The notes under the pieces: model-generated | Told to the model about the DNA's origin: nothing | The model's input: only the letters and a program-made list of their open reading frames with translations | Database searches by the model: none | NCBI GenBank assembly: GCA_951406725.2 | Contig: OX597820.1 | Location: 81,716,001-81,780,000 of the forward strand | DNA from: Octopus vulgaris | Taxonomy: Eukaryota | Length of the DNA stretch: 64,000 bases | Direction of reading: 5' to 3' | Shown: piece by piece, positions 1-14,869 of the stretch | Layout: each line of letters opens with the position of its first letter | How positions within the stretch are numbered: position 1 is the first letter of the stretch | Program-made: the position numbers and the translations under genes

Positions 1-1680
1 GCACAAGACTGGAGATAAACGCATTCTGCTGCCAGTTGGTGAAGACGCATGCCAGTAGGTGCCCAAACAAGTCTGGTATACTGTAATAAAGCTCGTAAGG
101 GAGACCATCTAGCCCAGGTGACTTGTCCTCGCTACAGTCGGACACAGCTTCCTCCACCTCTGCAGCTGTTATCGGCCCTTCATAGCATTTTGCTTCCCGC
201 CTCGTGAGACGCGGTATACCTTGAGGTCCCTCCTGCACTCCGGCCTGCCGCCCTTCCCGAAAAGCATGGCGAAGTGCTCCTGGAAGACCTTACACATCTC
301 GGGTTCGTTTACCAAATTCCCTTGTTGATTCGTCATAGACCTTATTGTGCCATCATTTTCACGTTTGGTCTGTATCACACGGGCCCATCCGGCAGCGTTG
401 ATTCTCTCTCGTCCCATTGCACGTTGCTTAGCCCTGACTATATATCCTTCGTGTTTAGCTCGAGGTGTTGATTAAGAGCCAATCTCGCAGCTAAAACTCG
501 GGGTGCAGAGCCAGAGTGCAATGCTTTATTTAGGGACCTAACTGAATCCCTTTATACTCTATTTTTCTTAACCACTAATTCTTTGCTGTATCTAATAGAC
601 TAAAATTTTATAGCTCTTTTGAAGGCATACCACCATTTGTTGTTTTAATGATGGCTCCAGACAATGCCCTCAACACTAACCTAATCCGACTCCTGTACTA
701 CTCATGAATCAAAAGAGACTTATTGAGTTTCCAGTAGCCGGATCCCTGTCTATGTAACTTATCTAAGTCCAGCCTACAGGTCACAAATTTGTGATCAGTG
801 TAGCTGACGTGGTAAAATTGTGGACGTCTAACTAGGTTTTTATCTTTCTGCCTAATTATAATCCTATCTAAATAAGATCTAGATGACCCATCACTATTAG
901 TCCGTGTCCGCAATGGAGCGTCTGAAACATCTAGTCTGTACCTATCTGCCAGCTGAAACCAACTGAGCACAGTTCCATCCCCCTCCCTGCAATCGTGTAC
1001 GAGCCAACGTAATTTACTCGTGCATCGCAGAATGTGTAAAGTCACCTAGCATCACTATAGTTTTAGATGTTCCTAGAAATTTCTCTAGGCCTCGAAAAAA
1101 GTCAGTCTGTCCAGCTCCCGAGGGAGAGTAGACAGCTACCAGCCTCAAGACCTTACCACTGCTGGTAGTCACTCAAGGACGATCAACTTGTCTTCCGGGT
1201 CGATAAAGATTGTTTTTGTCTCTAAATCCAAACTTTTCCTGAGCAGCACAGCGACACCTCTCCCTCCTTCAGGTAGGCATGAAGAAATAAATTTCTAATA
1301 ACCATTTAGGAATGGGGTAAAGTCTCTCTGACTACTCAGTTTGGACTCTGTGGCAGTTACAATATCCATACTATGTGACCTGAAGTCATTAAGGAAGCGA
1401 CCTTGTTTCCAATTTGATTCCAAGTCGCAAACATCCAAGCACCCTACATTTAGTGTATCCATAAACGGTCCTACTTACGGGTTGAGATGGAGGATAGTTA
1501 TTTTATCCATCAAGCCCGTATTTATGGCTGCCACCAGCCAAGCAGGGTCTACCTCGTGTGGTATATCTCCTACCTTAATCTTGGAAGTCCACTTTCGAAG
1601 ATAAGTTGGTACGTGTAGCACCTCAGCTGTTTTGAGAGTTTCCGTGTAAATTGGTGCGCAATATAGCTACCATCATTTAT
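1..1680 (-). mobile_element. Degenerate Tx1/L1-clade LINE (end of ORF1, APE endonuclease, start of RT), running off the window
   Basis: Minus-strand translations MDTLNVGCLDV...DIVTATESKL (APE N-terminus), SYLDRII...YTDHKFV...GSGYWKLNKSLL (APE C-terminus) and EVEEAV...DKSPGLDGLPYELY (RT domain 0), with frameshifts and stops. Confidence 0.85.
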
Positions 1681-3903
1681 AATTCTGCTTGTTATTGCGT
1701 TACTTAGCCCATCGGTAACGCTTTCACGTGATTAGAGAAAAAGAGGGAGAAAGGAAAAGAAGGAAGGAGAAAAGAGGGAGAGAAAAGCGTCCATGACTTG
1801 AGGTATAGGGAATGTAATTGTAACGCTTTCACGTGATTAGTTGACGGGAAAGAGAGGTGAAAGATAAAGGAGAGAGAAAAAGAGGATCAGGCGAAGAGTG
1901 AGACAGAAAGTGGAAAAAAAATGGGAGAGAAAAAGACGGATAGCGAAAAAGAGGTAGAGAGAAGCGTCCATGACGTGAGGCAGGGGAATAACAATAATTT
2001 TAGCAGAAGGGTGATGTTCTGATGGTGAGTTTATAAAAAAAGGCAGTGAGAAAGAGAGAAATAAAGAGAGGAGGGAGAGATAGAAAGAGGTTAGAGAGAG
2101 TGAGAGGCGGGAGAGATAGAAATAGATTAGAGAGAGTGAGCGGAGAGATGGTGAGGATGGAGACAGATGATGATGGTATTAGTGATGTGGTGGTGGCGGT
2201 GCTGTAGGTGAAGATGGTGGTGGTGATTGGTGGTAATTGAACTAAATTTTTTATATCACCTATCACTTAGCGCATGCGCATAAGTGTAATTTTATGAAAT
2301 ATTTACGCTTATTTACATGACAGATATGTGCAATTTAACTAAAGGTTGTATCATATGTACAGGATATTTTTGTTTTTTTTATTTGTTCATAGAAAGAGGG
2401 AAAAATAAGAGTGAATACTATTTTATGTGTTGTGTATTAAGTCTATAAAATTGTGCATAAAGTATATAAAGTGAATTAAGTAATCATTGTATTGCAATTT
2501 CTTTCACTTTTCAATGAGTAGTAGATGAGAGACTATCTTTCCATACAAACACAACGCAGGCTACGCTTTCAGGATTTTGGGATAAAGTTTTCAAAAATAA
2601 CCCAATAGGTTTACCATTTCGGTGAAATATTCACGGGTCTCACTAGCCATTTATAGCAGTTTCAATGTGTTTTTGTTACCGTTTCATCTTGTCAGAAACT
2701 ATTTTTTAATCTGACTCTTCGTATCTAGAAATACGTTGCGTTATCTACAATGTATTATCAGTTGACAATGTATTATCAGTTGACAAGTTGACAAAGGTAA
2801 AGTATGTTTTGAGAGAAATTTGACTGCTATTTCTAGATGATAGAAAGTTCACGTAGTGGCCCGTCGTTATATTAGCTAACACTTAATATTGTTATTACAG
2901 CTGTGATGAGGGTAATGTAGGTAAAGTATATGTATGTGGGTATATGTGTATTTACATTTTCTTATATGAATATATTCACACGTACATACATAAATGGACA
3001 CACACACACGCACACGCACGAACACACATGCACACACATACACACACATTAACGTACATATACACACGCATATATATAAACATAAATACGTCGATATTAC
3101 TGCTTACATGTGTTTGTGTATGTACACACACTTGCATACACACGCACACGCGCACGTACACACACTTGCATACACACGCACGCGCGCACGTACACACACA
3201 TATTGGTGTAAACAAATATTGCATTTTCGTTTGTATGCACGGACACACTCACATTCAGAAGTAAATATGAAATAGGCATATATATATATATATATATGTC
3301 TGCTATATGTTCTTATATATATGTATGTAAGAAAGGATGGATGGATAGATAGATGGATGGCTAGCTGGATGGCTGGCTGGCTGGCTGGCTGGCTGGATGG
3401 ATGGATGGGTGAATGAATGAATTGATGCATGTTTGTATCTATTCATTCATAGGCTCATTACATGTTTCCTAGTTTTTCACTCTCTGTATATTGTAGTGAG
3501 ATGTCTTTGGTTTGTGTTAGCCATACGAACTAAGATCAATTATCTTGATTTTCAGTCAACAGCTGATGAGAAAGAAAGCTTTCTATGTTTCTTGTCCAGG
3601 TGCGTCTTACCTGCTGCCTGTGCTTTATATTCCTTGAGTTTAATAATAACACCGAGCTGCCATTTTGTCCACGTGAATGTGTATTTCTTAGCGCCCAGCT
3701 TCTCCACTTCTCTTGATTTCTTCTCTCTCTTCCTTATTTCGTTGTCTTTCTCTTCTTCCATTTTCGTTTCTCTTCTATATTTCCTTTTAGAAAAAAATCG
3801 TTATCTCTCTTTCTCATCCTTGTTTGACTCTAATCTTCCCACAATTCAAGATTTTACGGTCTCATCAAAATTCTTTCTTTTCAATCTTGAATCTGTTACG
3901 TGT

Positions 3904-3941
<38 letters not shown>

Positions 3942-4210
3942 TTCAAGGATGTGCGTCTAACATTTCACTAATATTTCCTCTTGGTAAGTCTTTATGCCCA
4001 ATCATCTCCGGCATGTTGACTTGTTCATCTTCGTCGAAAGAGATTTTCTAATATTCTTTGTCACATCAACTTGTGCTTTGCTTGCCTCAGCCCTACGAAC
4101 TACATGCATGAGTATGAACATGTGCGTATCCATGGTGTATGTGGTGTGGCCTTGGCCTGGGTCAATCTTTGCTCGAAACACATTTAAGCTATCTAAGTTT
4201 TCTAAGTACA

Positions 4211-4253
<43 letters not shown>

Positions 4254-4425
4254 AATTGAAAGGACAAATAAATAAATAATTATTCTATGCACTACATTAA
4301 CTAACAACAGTTAGCTAATGAAGTTCATAGAATAATTATCTATTCCCGTGTCAACTCAATTTCTTGTTACTGCTTTGTATTTGGGTGACAATTCATTCTA
4401 AAGCATATATATATATTGAGTTCTT

Positions 4426-4504
<79 letters not shown>

Positions 4505-5085
4505 ATATATATATATATATATATTGTTATTTTCAATCCATGACATAGCGACGTATAATTCTGTGTAAGGGTAATGACATACACACACAATCACACACAC
4601 ACACACGCACACACACATATATATATTTCTAAGTAAAAACCGTAGAAATGGTACAATTAAAATTTGAAGTAAGGCTGAATCAAAAAAATACCTCACAGAG
4701 TCAGTGAGGCGACAGCTTGCTCCTGTAAAACGTTGAACTATAAAGTGAAAAACAATAACGTTTGACGTGTACAGTGAAGTTTAATACTCCAAAGAAACAG
4801 AAGAGGATCTGCCCTTCTGAGTGATACCCTATGTGAAAAAAGAACAGAAACACAATTAAGGTAAGAGAAAAGAAAACTACATGATATCGAAAAAAGAAAA
4901 GAATCTACTCTCAGTTCTTTTTTCTTCGTTTTCTTCTCTCTGATAATGAGTCAGATTCTCTTGTATTTCATCTTCTGCCATATCAAACTTCATTATACAC
5001 TTCTTTGTTATGTTTTGCTTTATATTTCTACTCTTATAGATTGTTTACCCCCGCAAGATGATTTTGTTTGTTTGCTTTTTCTTTG

Positions 5086-5208
5086 CTACATGGTCCCGGG
5101 TTCAATCCCACTGCGTGCAGTCTGGGGCAGGTGTCTTCTTCTATAGCCTCGGACCGACCAAAGCCTTGTGAGTGGATTTGGTAGACGGAAACTTAAAGAA
5201 GCCCGTCG

Positions 5209-5283
<75 letters not shown>

Positions 5284-5520
5284 AAATATATATATTGTGG
5301 GTGTGTGTGTTTGTGTCTGTGTTTGTCTCCCACCACCGCTTGACAACCGGTGTTGGTGTGTTTACGTCCCCGTAACTTAGTGGTTCGGTAAAAGTGACCG
5401 GTAGAACGAGTACTAAGCTCTAATAAATAAGTCCCGGGGTCGATTCATTCGACTAAAATTTCTTCAAGGTGGTGTCCCGGCATAACCACAGTCTAATGAC
5501 TAAAACAAGTAAAAGATCAA
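5086..5520 (+). mobile_element. SINE family A (tRNA-derived head, CORE-like segment, internal TA/TG microsatellite), 5'-truncated
   Basis: Shares ggttcaatcccactgcgt, gccttgtgagtggatttggtagacggaaact and the gactaaaacaagtaaaaga tail with many copies in the window. Confidence 0.9.
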
Positions 5521-6608
5521 AGACATATCTCTCCCCCCTCTCTCTCTCTCGTGTTGCTTATGTATGTTGGTTTTCTAAATATGCTGCTTTAATGGTATCC
5601 TCCAAGTCTTTGGTTACAATATATCTGTTGCCTTCGTTATTCTGCCTGGTTATCCGTTTGTTCCTGATACATCCCAGTTCTCTCTGTATATTCTGCCCCA
5701 CACCTATCAACCCTTCCACTTTCAGGATGGTCTCTGATACCTAAACTCAATCTTTTTCACGGAACCCACCATGTAGCATCATGCCCCTACTGATGTTAAA
5801 CACAGTCTGCATTTTGCAGTATAACTTCACTACCAAATTCCTGTAAGTTATGTGGTAAACCAAGTCAGACTTATAACAACTTATTAGCTCTCTTTTCCAT
5901 TCATTCGCTCTTGTTAACAGAATTTCATGCATTGGAGTAGGCATAAGAACTTCGTCAAAAGGACTTGCCAATAACATAACACCGTAAACTTAACTGCCAA
6001 AATGTTGCTTTAAACAGTAAATTTGACGAGATAACCTCTTAAAACTCCCTGACAAACTGCATTTGAGAGTAGCATTTAATCTCTGTCACAAATTGGCTTC
6101 AATCTCAATACATCTCTTGGGATAAGTTAAGAGTACTCTATGGGCACAAATATATTGATTGCCAGTCCCCTGATCGATTAAAATTAACTACTAGACAGGT
6201 TAACTTACCGCACCAACTTTTAGCTTTTTATCGCAGGCAGAAGTCAGAGGTCCAAGTGCCTTTCGATATTCTTTCCCTCTGAACAATTTTTTTGCATTTC
6301 TCAATATATGTCAGGGAGCCTAGGCTGGTTGTTTCTCCTACAAGCTATGATAGCCAAAATTCCACCAAGTTACACATCGATAGGTTAGCTCCAGCTGAAA
6401 TGCCTCTATTCATAGGTTCACCCAATTAAGTACAATACAATAGAAACTCTATAACCATTACTGAGAGGAATACATGGTCGATCATCATTATTATGCCTAT
6501 CTGCAGTGTCTGACGATTAGTCGAGATTACTTTGCTATTAAGCTGTATGAATAGTGGCACACGGTATCGTATAAGACTTTCCTTCACACACACACACACA
6601 CACACACA

Positions 6609-6640
<32 letters not shown>

Positions 6641-6660
6641 TTCTCTCTGAAATATTCACA

Positions 6661-7097
6661 TTCTTTTATTCTTTTATTTTCTTACTTGTTTCAGCTATCA
6701 GACTGCGTTAATGCTGGGGCACCGCATTGAAGAAATTTTCTTAGTCAAATGAATCGATCCCAGAACTTTTCTAAGACTGAAACACTCTATTGGTCTCCTG
6801 TGGGACGTCCAAGATACATAGATAGATGGTCTCTTTCGCCGAACCGCTAGTCACTGGGAAGTAATAAATAAACATCGATTGTGAAGCAGTGGTGGGGGAC
6901 AAACACACACCCACAAACACTCACGCAGATATAGGAAAGGCTTCTTTCAGTTTCCGTCTATCAAATCCACTTACAAAGGTCTGGTCGGCTCGAGGCTACA
7001 ATAAAAGACACTTTCTCAAGGGGCCACGCAGTGGGAATGAACACGGAACCGTGTAGTTGAAAGGCAAGTTTCTTACCACACAGCCACGCCTGCGCCT
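6661..7097 (-). mobile_element. SINE family A
   Basis: Reverse complement of the family consensus, head to tail. Confidence 0.9.
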
Positions 7098-7124
7098 ATA
7101 TACATAATAGAAATAAAACATAAT

Positions 7125-7330
7125 TCCAGAAATTTCAGTGGGGGCAGGTTAGCCGAAGGAATTCGACCTAGTATTTAAGCGGTACTTAATTTTTGTCGAC
7201 TTCAGAAACATGAAAGGCAAAGTTGACCTCGGTTTGGATTTGAACTTGGAACGTAAAGAACCGTAACTAAATACTAAATACTGTTAGGCATTTAATCCAA
7301 TGCTCTAACGATTCTATCATCCCACTACCT
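7125..7330 (-). mobile_element. SINE family B, diverged
   Basis: atgaaaggcaaagttgacctcgg..atttgaact core. Confidence 0.8.
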
Positions 7331-7338
7331 CGCTCACT

Positions 7339-7342
<4 letters not shown>

Positions 7343-7400
<58 letters not shown>

Positions 7401-7591
7401 GAGAGAGAGAGAGACAGACAGACAGACTGACAGAGTGGGAAAGTGGGAAAGTGACAAAATAGGATGGAGAAGTAGAAAGAGAGAAAAAAAGAGAAAGGGA
7501 GATTGAGAAATAGATTAATAATTTAAGAGAAATTATGAGAAACAAGCTGGAAGTTTTTGACACCCTATCATGAGGGCATATAGCTTTTATC

Positions 7592-7625
<34 letters not shown>

Positions 7626-7657
7626 GTCATGTGTGTGTACATACATACATACATACA

Positions 7658-7718
<61 letters not shown>

Positions 7719-7971
7719 GATATAAATACACACAAACACATGCTCGCACATATTTTATATACATATATTTTAGTATGTTTGTATGTTTGAATGAATTTAT
7801 GTACACCACCCAGAGGAGTGTGTGTGTGTGTGTGTATGTGTGTGTGTGCGTGTATGCGTGTGTGTGTGTGTGTGTGTGCGTGTGTATGCGTGCATGCACG
7901 CCGAGAAAAGTAAAAGGAAAGCGAAAATAAGGGGCATATAGAACGAGAAAGAAAGAGAGAGAGAATGTGTA

Positions 7972-8019
<48 letters not shown>

Positions 8020-8502
8020 GCAAACGGAGAGAAAGAGAGGAGAGGGGAGAGAGAGAGAGAGAATGACAGAGAATGAGAGAAAGAAAGGGAGTAGTATAAC
8101 AACCAGCAAGACAGAAGAAAACAGTTTGTGATTGGAAGATTTAGAGGGTAGGGAAAACCCAGTGAGAAAGCGGTTGTGTGTTTCTGTGTATGCGTGAGTG
8201 TGCGTAGGAATGAAGTGGTGAGGAAGGCGAGATAGAAAGAAAGAGAGATTTAATGGAGGAGAGATTTAAAAAGTGAACGAAATGGAAACAAACACGAAGA
8301 GAGGAGGAAGGAGGGGACAGAGAAGGAGGGCAGAGAGATAGAGAGAGAGAGAGAGGGAGAGAGAGAGAGAGAGAGAGAGGGAGCGGGGAGGGAGAGAAGG
8401 AAGGCGGGAAAGAAGAGGATAAGGAGAGGCGAGGGGAAAGAGAGGAGAAAGAGGCAGAGGGGGTACGGTACGAAAGAGAGGGTGAGGGGAGAAGTGAGAG
8501 AA

Positions 8503-8562
<60 letters not shown>

Positions 8563-8873
8563 CGGGAGAGAAGCGAGGGGGAGAGGAGAGAGAGAGAGAG
8601 CAAAATAAAAAAAAATCGAAAAATAGCCTAAGAAAAAGAAATATCCACAAACTACTATATCAACACCCACACAACACCCACATCACAATAACATTAACAA
8701 CACGCACGCATACACACGCATACACACACACACACATGCATGTATCTGTGCATATATATTTATATATATGGGTGTATATATACATATATATACATACATA
8801 CATGCATACATACATACCTATATATATATATATACACACATATATATATATATGTATACATATATATATATAT
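7343..8873. repeat. Compound microsatellite block (GA, TG, TA, AAT, purine-rich)
   Basis: Directly visible; representative of dozens of such tracts in the window. Confidence 0.95.
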
Positions 8874-8906
8874 GCTGAAAAAGTGGGGTTTTGTGAAATT
8901 CAGTTG
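8860..8906 (+). promoter_or_regulatory. Candidate core promoter (TA tract plus TCAGTT initiator)
   Basis: TCAGTT at 8900-8905 matches the invertebrate Inr, and a (TA)n tract ends ~30 bp upstream; ATG lies ~73 nt downstream. The ttcag could instead be a weak splice acceptor. Confidence 0.3.
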
Positions 8907-8974
8907 AGTTGAAAGCAACAAGACGAGGAGAAAGTTAAAGTGGATGCGTTTAGTTGGCGTGAAAACTGCTAGCC

Positions 8975-9029
8975 ATGGCCACCTCGTGGATATTTCTGCT
9001 TCTTGGATTGTCTTTTACATTTACTACAG
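8975..9029 (+). CDS. First coding exon (signal peptide MATSWIFLLLGLSFTFTT) of a secreted cysteine-rich basic protein
   Basis: Strong start context gccATGG. 18 codons plus 1 nt with a hydrophobic core, then consensus donor CAG|GTAAGT (phase 1), matching the phase-1 acceptor at 60507. Confidence 0.75.
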
Positions 9030-9096
9030 GTAAGTTCTGTATGCATATATATATACACATTTTTGTACATGCATATATATATACATTATGTATGCG

Positions 9097-9139
<43 letters not shown>

Positions 9140-9654
9140 GTGTATACATACAAACACACGCACGTACACTTTATGTAATCATATACACACTCATGTACAT
9201 ATATATACATACAGCTATATATATACATACACACATGCATCGACTCCCGCGCACACTGCAGCTAGTCACTAAATTAATGCAGTTTCATTTAACCGCTCCG
9301 TTCATTATAACGATGATATTCTCTTATATTTTTCGTACGAAATACGTACAATGTTTTGTTTATATATACATACACGCTTACACATCTGTGTGGTGTTTGT
9401 GTGTGTGTGTATAGTATTTCTATATAGATATATTCATATACACGTGAATATCTGGATACATGTGTTTATATTCCTTATTCTTGCATATATATATATATAT
9501 ACAAGCATGTGTGTGAGTGTAGTATTTTGTTTTTGTTGTCCGCGTTTTAACATCGAAGATAACCATGTTATCTATATGCTATATGTACATATATTCTTAT
9601 ACATACGTATATATATGCATGGCATGCATATACACATGCATATATATATATATA

Positions 9655-9876
9655 TATTCTTTTCTTTTACTTGCTTCAGTCATTGAACTGCGGCTATGCC
9701 GGTGTACCACCTTCAAGGATCTTAGTCGAATGAATCGACTCCCAGGACCTATTTATTTCTTAAAGCCTGGTAGTATCTGTCGCGTTTCCCGAACTGCAAA
9801 CTTTACGGGGACGTAAACACACGAACACCGGTTCTCAAACGGTGGCGGTGACAAATACAGACACAAAGATACACAT
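9655..9876 (-). mobile_element. SINE family A, 3' half
   Basis: ttttacttgcttcagtcatt...gggacgtaaacaca. Confidence 0.85.
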
Positions 9877-9901
9877 TTGTATGTGTATGTATGTATGTAT
9901 G

Positions 9902-9955
<54 letters not shown>

Positions 9956-10182
9956 GCAATGCTATGTACGATAACTGCGTCGACAGCAAGGTGTATGAAC
10001 ATTACACAGAGCTGCACATTGCAGAAGAATTTTCCAGGTGTAGGGATAACGACGTACCAGTTATACATGTATGTGTGTGTGTTTGTGTGTGTGTGTATTT
10101 GTGTGTGCTGTGTGCATATATACATATGCATATATGTGTATGTGTGTGAATATATATATATCTGTATATATATATATTTACA

Positions 10183-10254
<72 letters not shown>

Positions 10255-10910
10255 GATGTGTATATGGTATATCTTTATATATGTATATAAACAAACTTTC
10301 TGAGTATCAGTCTTTTTATCTGTATATGTAGTATACATACATTCATACATGCGTTCACACATACACATACGTATAGAATTTATACACATTAGCGCCGTCT
10401 TAACAGCATTATAGACCTCCTGGCAAATAAATGAACTGGGCCCCTTGGTATTTATCTATTGACAGCAACCCACAACATACGTTGGTCATAATTGGTTACC
10501 TAGACCCGTGAGGCCTACGGACGTTTGCCAAGTGCGTATGCCTTAAGGCAGGCTGGGCATGTTCGTGTGTTTACGTTATTCGCTCTGCAAATGTTGGTCG
10601 CAGATCGAATCATACTACCGGGTTTCTTGAGCAAATATTTTATTTTACAGGACCAAGATTTAAATTGTAAACTATGGTGGAAGTCTATCAGCTGGACTAA
10701 ACCTGTAATTAAATGGTACGACCTTCTCACGCTGATTCTGCATGTCAATCAAGTTAAGGTTACACGCATCTGCAGAATACTCAACCATTTACATGCGAAT
10801 CCTATGAGCAGATACTTTAGTTGATCGTAAAGTGAATACTCATCGAAAATACCGACGGAGAACCATGGCTATTTTATATATATATATATATATATCTTAT
10901 ATATTATATA

Positions 10911-11312
10911 GGGGCAGGAGTGGTTGTGTATAGGTGCAAAAGTGGCTGTGTGTAAGAAGTTTACTTCCCGGCCACATGGTTCCTGGTTCAATCCCACTGC
11001 GTGATGCCCTTGGCAAGTGTCTTCTTCTATAGCCTCGGGTCGACCAAAATCCTTGTGAGTGGATTTGGTAGACAGAAACTGAAAGAAGCCCGTCGTATAT
11101 GTATATATCTACGTGTGCCTCTGTGTTTGTGTTTGTCCCGCACCACCGCTTGTGTTGGTGAGTTTACGTCCCTGTAACTTAGCGATTCGGTAAAAGACAC
11201 CAATAAAATAGTACCAGGTTTTGAAATGTACTGGGACCGATTCATTCGACTAAAACTCGCCAAAGCGGTGCTCCAGCATAGCCGCAGTCTGAGTGAAACA
11301 AGGAAAAGATTA
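10911..11312 (+). mobile_element. SINE family A
   Basis: Near full-length match to the other copies. Confidence 0.9.
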
Positions 11313-11789
11313 AATAAATAAATACATGTGTGTGTGTGTGATTGTGAGTGTGCGCGTGGCTGGTGCTGCGTGCAGTGTGTTTAAGATATTCGCTTTACAA
11401 GTAATCATGTGGTCTTGGGTTCAATCACAGTGTACGGCATTTTCGATTGCTTTGTGAGTGACGGAGATCTACATCGAGTCCTTAAACTTGAATTTTAATT
11501 TTCCTACCATTATATGGTCAAGCCCCAAGGTATTGTCACTGAAACTGGGGTGGCGGCACCTGTTGAACTCCCCAGATGGAGAATAGATATAATTCGATGT
11601 GCCATTCTTCCAGCACACAATGCCATATCGATCGATTCTAGCTAAGTATTATGTTAAGCGTTCAGTCATCTGTGGAGTTCTCAGCCACATATGAATGTAC
11701 CTTTAATTAACCTCGACACAGACAGTGTCACTTTGATTCTGCCTGTGGATTGCGTTAATGGTACAATTGCACTTGGAATACTCGTCCTT

Positions 11790-11852
<63 letters not shown>

Positions 11853-12974
11853 AACACTCAGTCACACACACAAACACTCACATACACACTCACACACATA
11901 CACGCGTACACACATACGCAAGGGCGCCCCCCACCCCACATACTCAATCAGAATCAGATAAACAGGTGCCACTGTAAACATGCGAGTCCACTCGATCTTA
12001 CAATGATGAATGAATCATGTTAAATTTCTTCCAACCACTTGATTTTTATCAAAATTTCAGCAGATTATTTTTTTTAAATGTACTTTTGAAGACGCAAATG
12101 ACTTTCACTGTTTTTTTTTCTAGAAATTAATAATAAAGACTATGCAAGTATTTAAAGTTATGTAATTGTGGCCAATAGCATGTCTTTGCTGATCTCTATT
12201 GCCATGGAGATCATCACATGCAAAACCCTTACGTGGTTTCTCAGTCTCCTAGAAATAGCTGCCAAATCTTCCTTAAACTACAACATAAAAGTGACGTGTT
12301 GCAGCTCTTTTTATTTCCTCACCTGATGCATACCCAGGTGGTTTTCACTTGTTGAATGTTATTGATAACATTTAATTGAAAGTCAGTCTCCACGACTGTA
12401 ACCTTTTTTCGAACTCCCAGCTCACGAAACACCGGGCATAACTGATCGATATTATATGTTCGTTCTTTTTCTTATGATAAAATTAGGATCTTTTCTAAAA
12501 GATGGACTGAATTTCTACTTAACTAAATAATTTGAAACTTCGTATACTGGTAGAATGTGTCAAACGAAAACGTTAATTTCAATTAGTTAGATCCAATTAT
12601 AAACAATGTTTGGTGGTGAAGAGATATTTGTTTACCATCGTTTTCTTATAATCATTTCTTTCTCCAACGCCAAACTTTGTTGTAAACAAAGTAAATGAAA
12701 TAATCTGGTGAAAATTTAACAATTGAAAATTACATACCCTACCCCTATTCGAAAGAAGTAGCTACCGGTTTCCATTCTCACACCGAACCAACCCGTTTTC
12801 TTTTATACGTTCCTTTCTTTCTTTCTTTCTTTCTTTCTTTTACTCTGTCGTTGAAACTGTGTACCTCTCACTCTCAAAATCTCGTCTCTATTCGCTGGAA
12901 TGTGGAAACAGGTCTTTAGCATTGGTAACAACAACAACAGCAATAACTACAGTTGTATCAATAGAGGCAATAAT

Positions 12975-13703
12975 ATATTTCTTTACTGCCCACAAGGGGC
13001 TAAACATAGAGGGGACAAACAAGGACAGACAAAGGGATTAAGCCGATTACATCGACCCCAGTTAGAAACTGGTACTTTATTTATCGACCCCGAAAGAATG
13101 AAAGGCAAAGTCGACCTCGGCGGAATTTGAACTCAAAACGTAACGACAGACGAAATACGCATTTCGCCCGGCGTGCTAACGTTTCTGCCAGCTCGCTGCC
13201 TCAATAGAGGCAATAATAGCCACACCGAAACCATAAGAACGATATTAACAGCAGTAATAGCAGTAACAATTGCAGTAACAACAACAACAGCACACAATAA
13301 CAGAAATAATGGTTTCAAATTTTGGCACAAGGCCAGCAATTCTGGAGTGGGTGATAAATCGATTGCATCGACCCCCGTGCTCAACTGCTACTTATTTTAT
13401 CGACTCCGAAAAGAAGAAAAGTAAATTTCACGGCAGAATTTCAACTCAGAACGTAGCAGCAGACGAAATACCTATTTCTTTATTACCCACAAGGGGCTAA
13501 ACACAGAGCGGACAAACAAGGACAGACATAGGTATTAAGTCGATTACATCGACTTCAGTGCGTAACTGGTACTTAATTTATCGACCCCGAAAGGATGAAA
13601 GGCGAAGTCGACCTCGGCGGAATTTGAACTCAGAACGTAACGCAGACGAAATACCGCTAAGCATTTCGCCCGGCTTGCTAACGTTTCTGCCAGCTCGCCG
13701 CCT
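12975..13703 (-). mobile_element. SINE family B cluster (monomer 12975-13201; dimer 13311-13703)
   Basis: Head ggcggcgagctggcagaaacgttagc (minus), B-box-like gagttcaaattcc, core gtcgactttgcctttcatcc. Confidence 0.9.
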
Positions 13704-14044
13704 TAATAACAGTAGTAATAACAACAACAGCAGCAGCAGCAGCAGCAGAACAAGAGTGACAATAACGCAGATATGCTACGTTCCTTTTCTACTTTCTGAA
13801 CCAGTTTCTCTATCTGCCGGTGTGGAGAGAATATCGTTTAACATGTGGTTAACCTGGCAGATGACGGCAAAAAAAAAACATGAGGAAATGGGTTCACCCT
13901 AACCATATTAAACTTTATTTCGTGTCGCCACCCCACTCCCCCATCTTCGACTCATTGTTATACCAGAATTTGAACTCAGTATTACTAAAAGGCCCAACCC
14001 AATTGTGCCACTCTCCACTATCATCCTCACCGTTAAGTATAAGT

Positions 14045-14125
<81 letters not shown>

Positions 14126-14577
14126 CTTCTTCACCGCTGACTGCTGCTACTGTTAGCTGTTGCTGCTGCTGCTACTGACAGTATGTAAAAATCAACAAGG
14201 AGGTAAATGTTATGTTTTCCTAGAGTGATTCAATTATCGACCAGTGGTTTGTTGGTTTTCGCAGTTATTTTTCGATACAGTTAGTTTAGTTTAAACTAGC
14301 TTAATTGCCTACCTACCTACCTACCTACCTACCTACCAACCTACCTAGTTAGCTGGTTCGGAAAAGAAAAAGCGAGAGATTGAACCGACCCCTTTATCGT
14401 TAGATCTCCTAGGCTGGTGCGATCGCTGCACTTACTGTTCGTCAGGGATTTTTCAAATCTGAGACAATTGCCCGAAATGTCACGCAGAGGGACTGATCTC
14501 GGAACCATGTAGTTAGGAAGCAACTTTCGTATCACACAGCTTCGCCTGCGCCTGTATACGGGTGTATGCATTCATAC

Positions 14578-14608
<31 letters not shown>

Positions 14609-14813
14609 CACGTGTGCATGTGTGTGTGTGTGTGTAGTCAATTCAAATAAACATTAAAAAAATTGATAAAAAACGGAAAAAAGAAGAAAAGGCACGAACT
14701 TGAGGATGTACACAAGAAGTATATTAGCTTGATGCTCGGTGAGAGGAGAGAGTTTAACGTTTCGAGCACAGCTGTTCATCGGAAAGGAGAAATGGAGAAG
14801 TCCAAAGAAGGAG

Positions 14814-14869
<56 letters not shown>

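Noticed and set aside
3433-4307. Possible coding exons (175-aa and 101-aa ORFs)
   Set aside because: Low-complexity F/L/S composition running into microsatellites; no recognisable motif or convincing splice pair.
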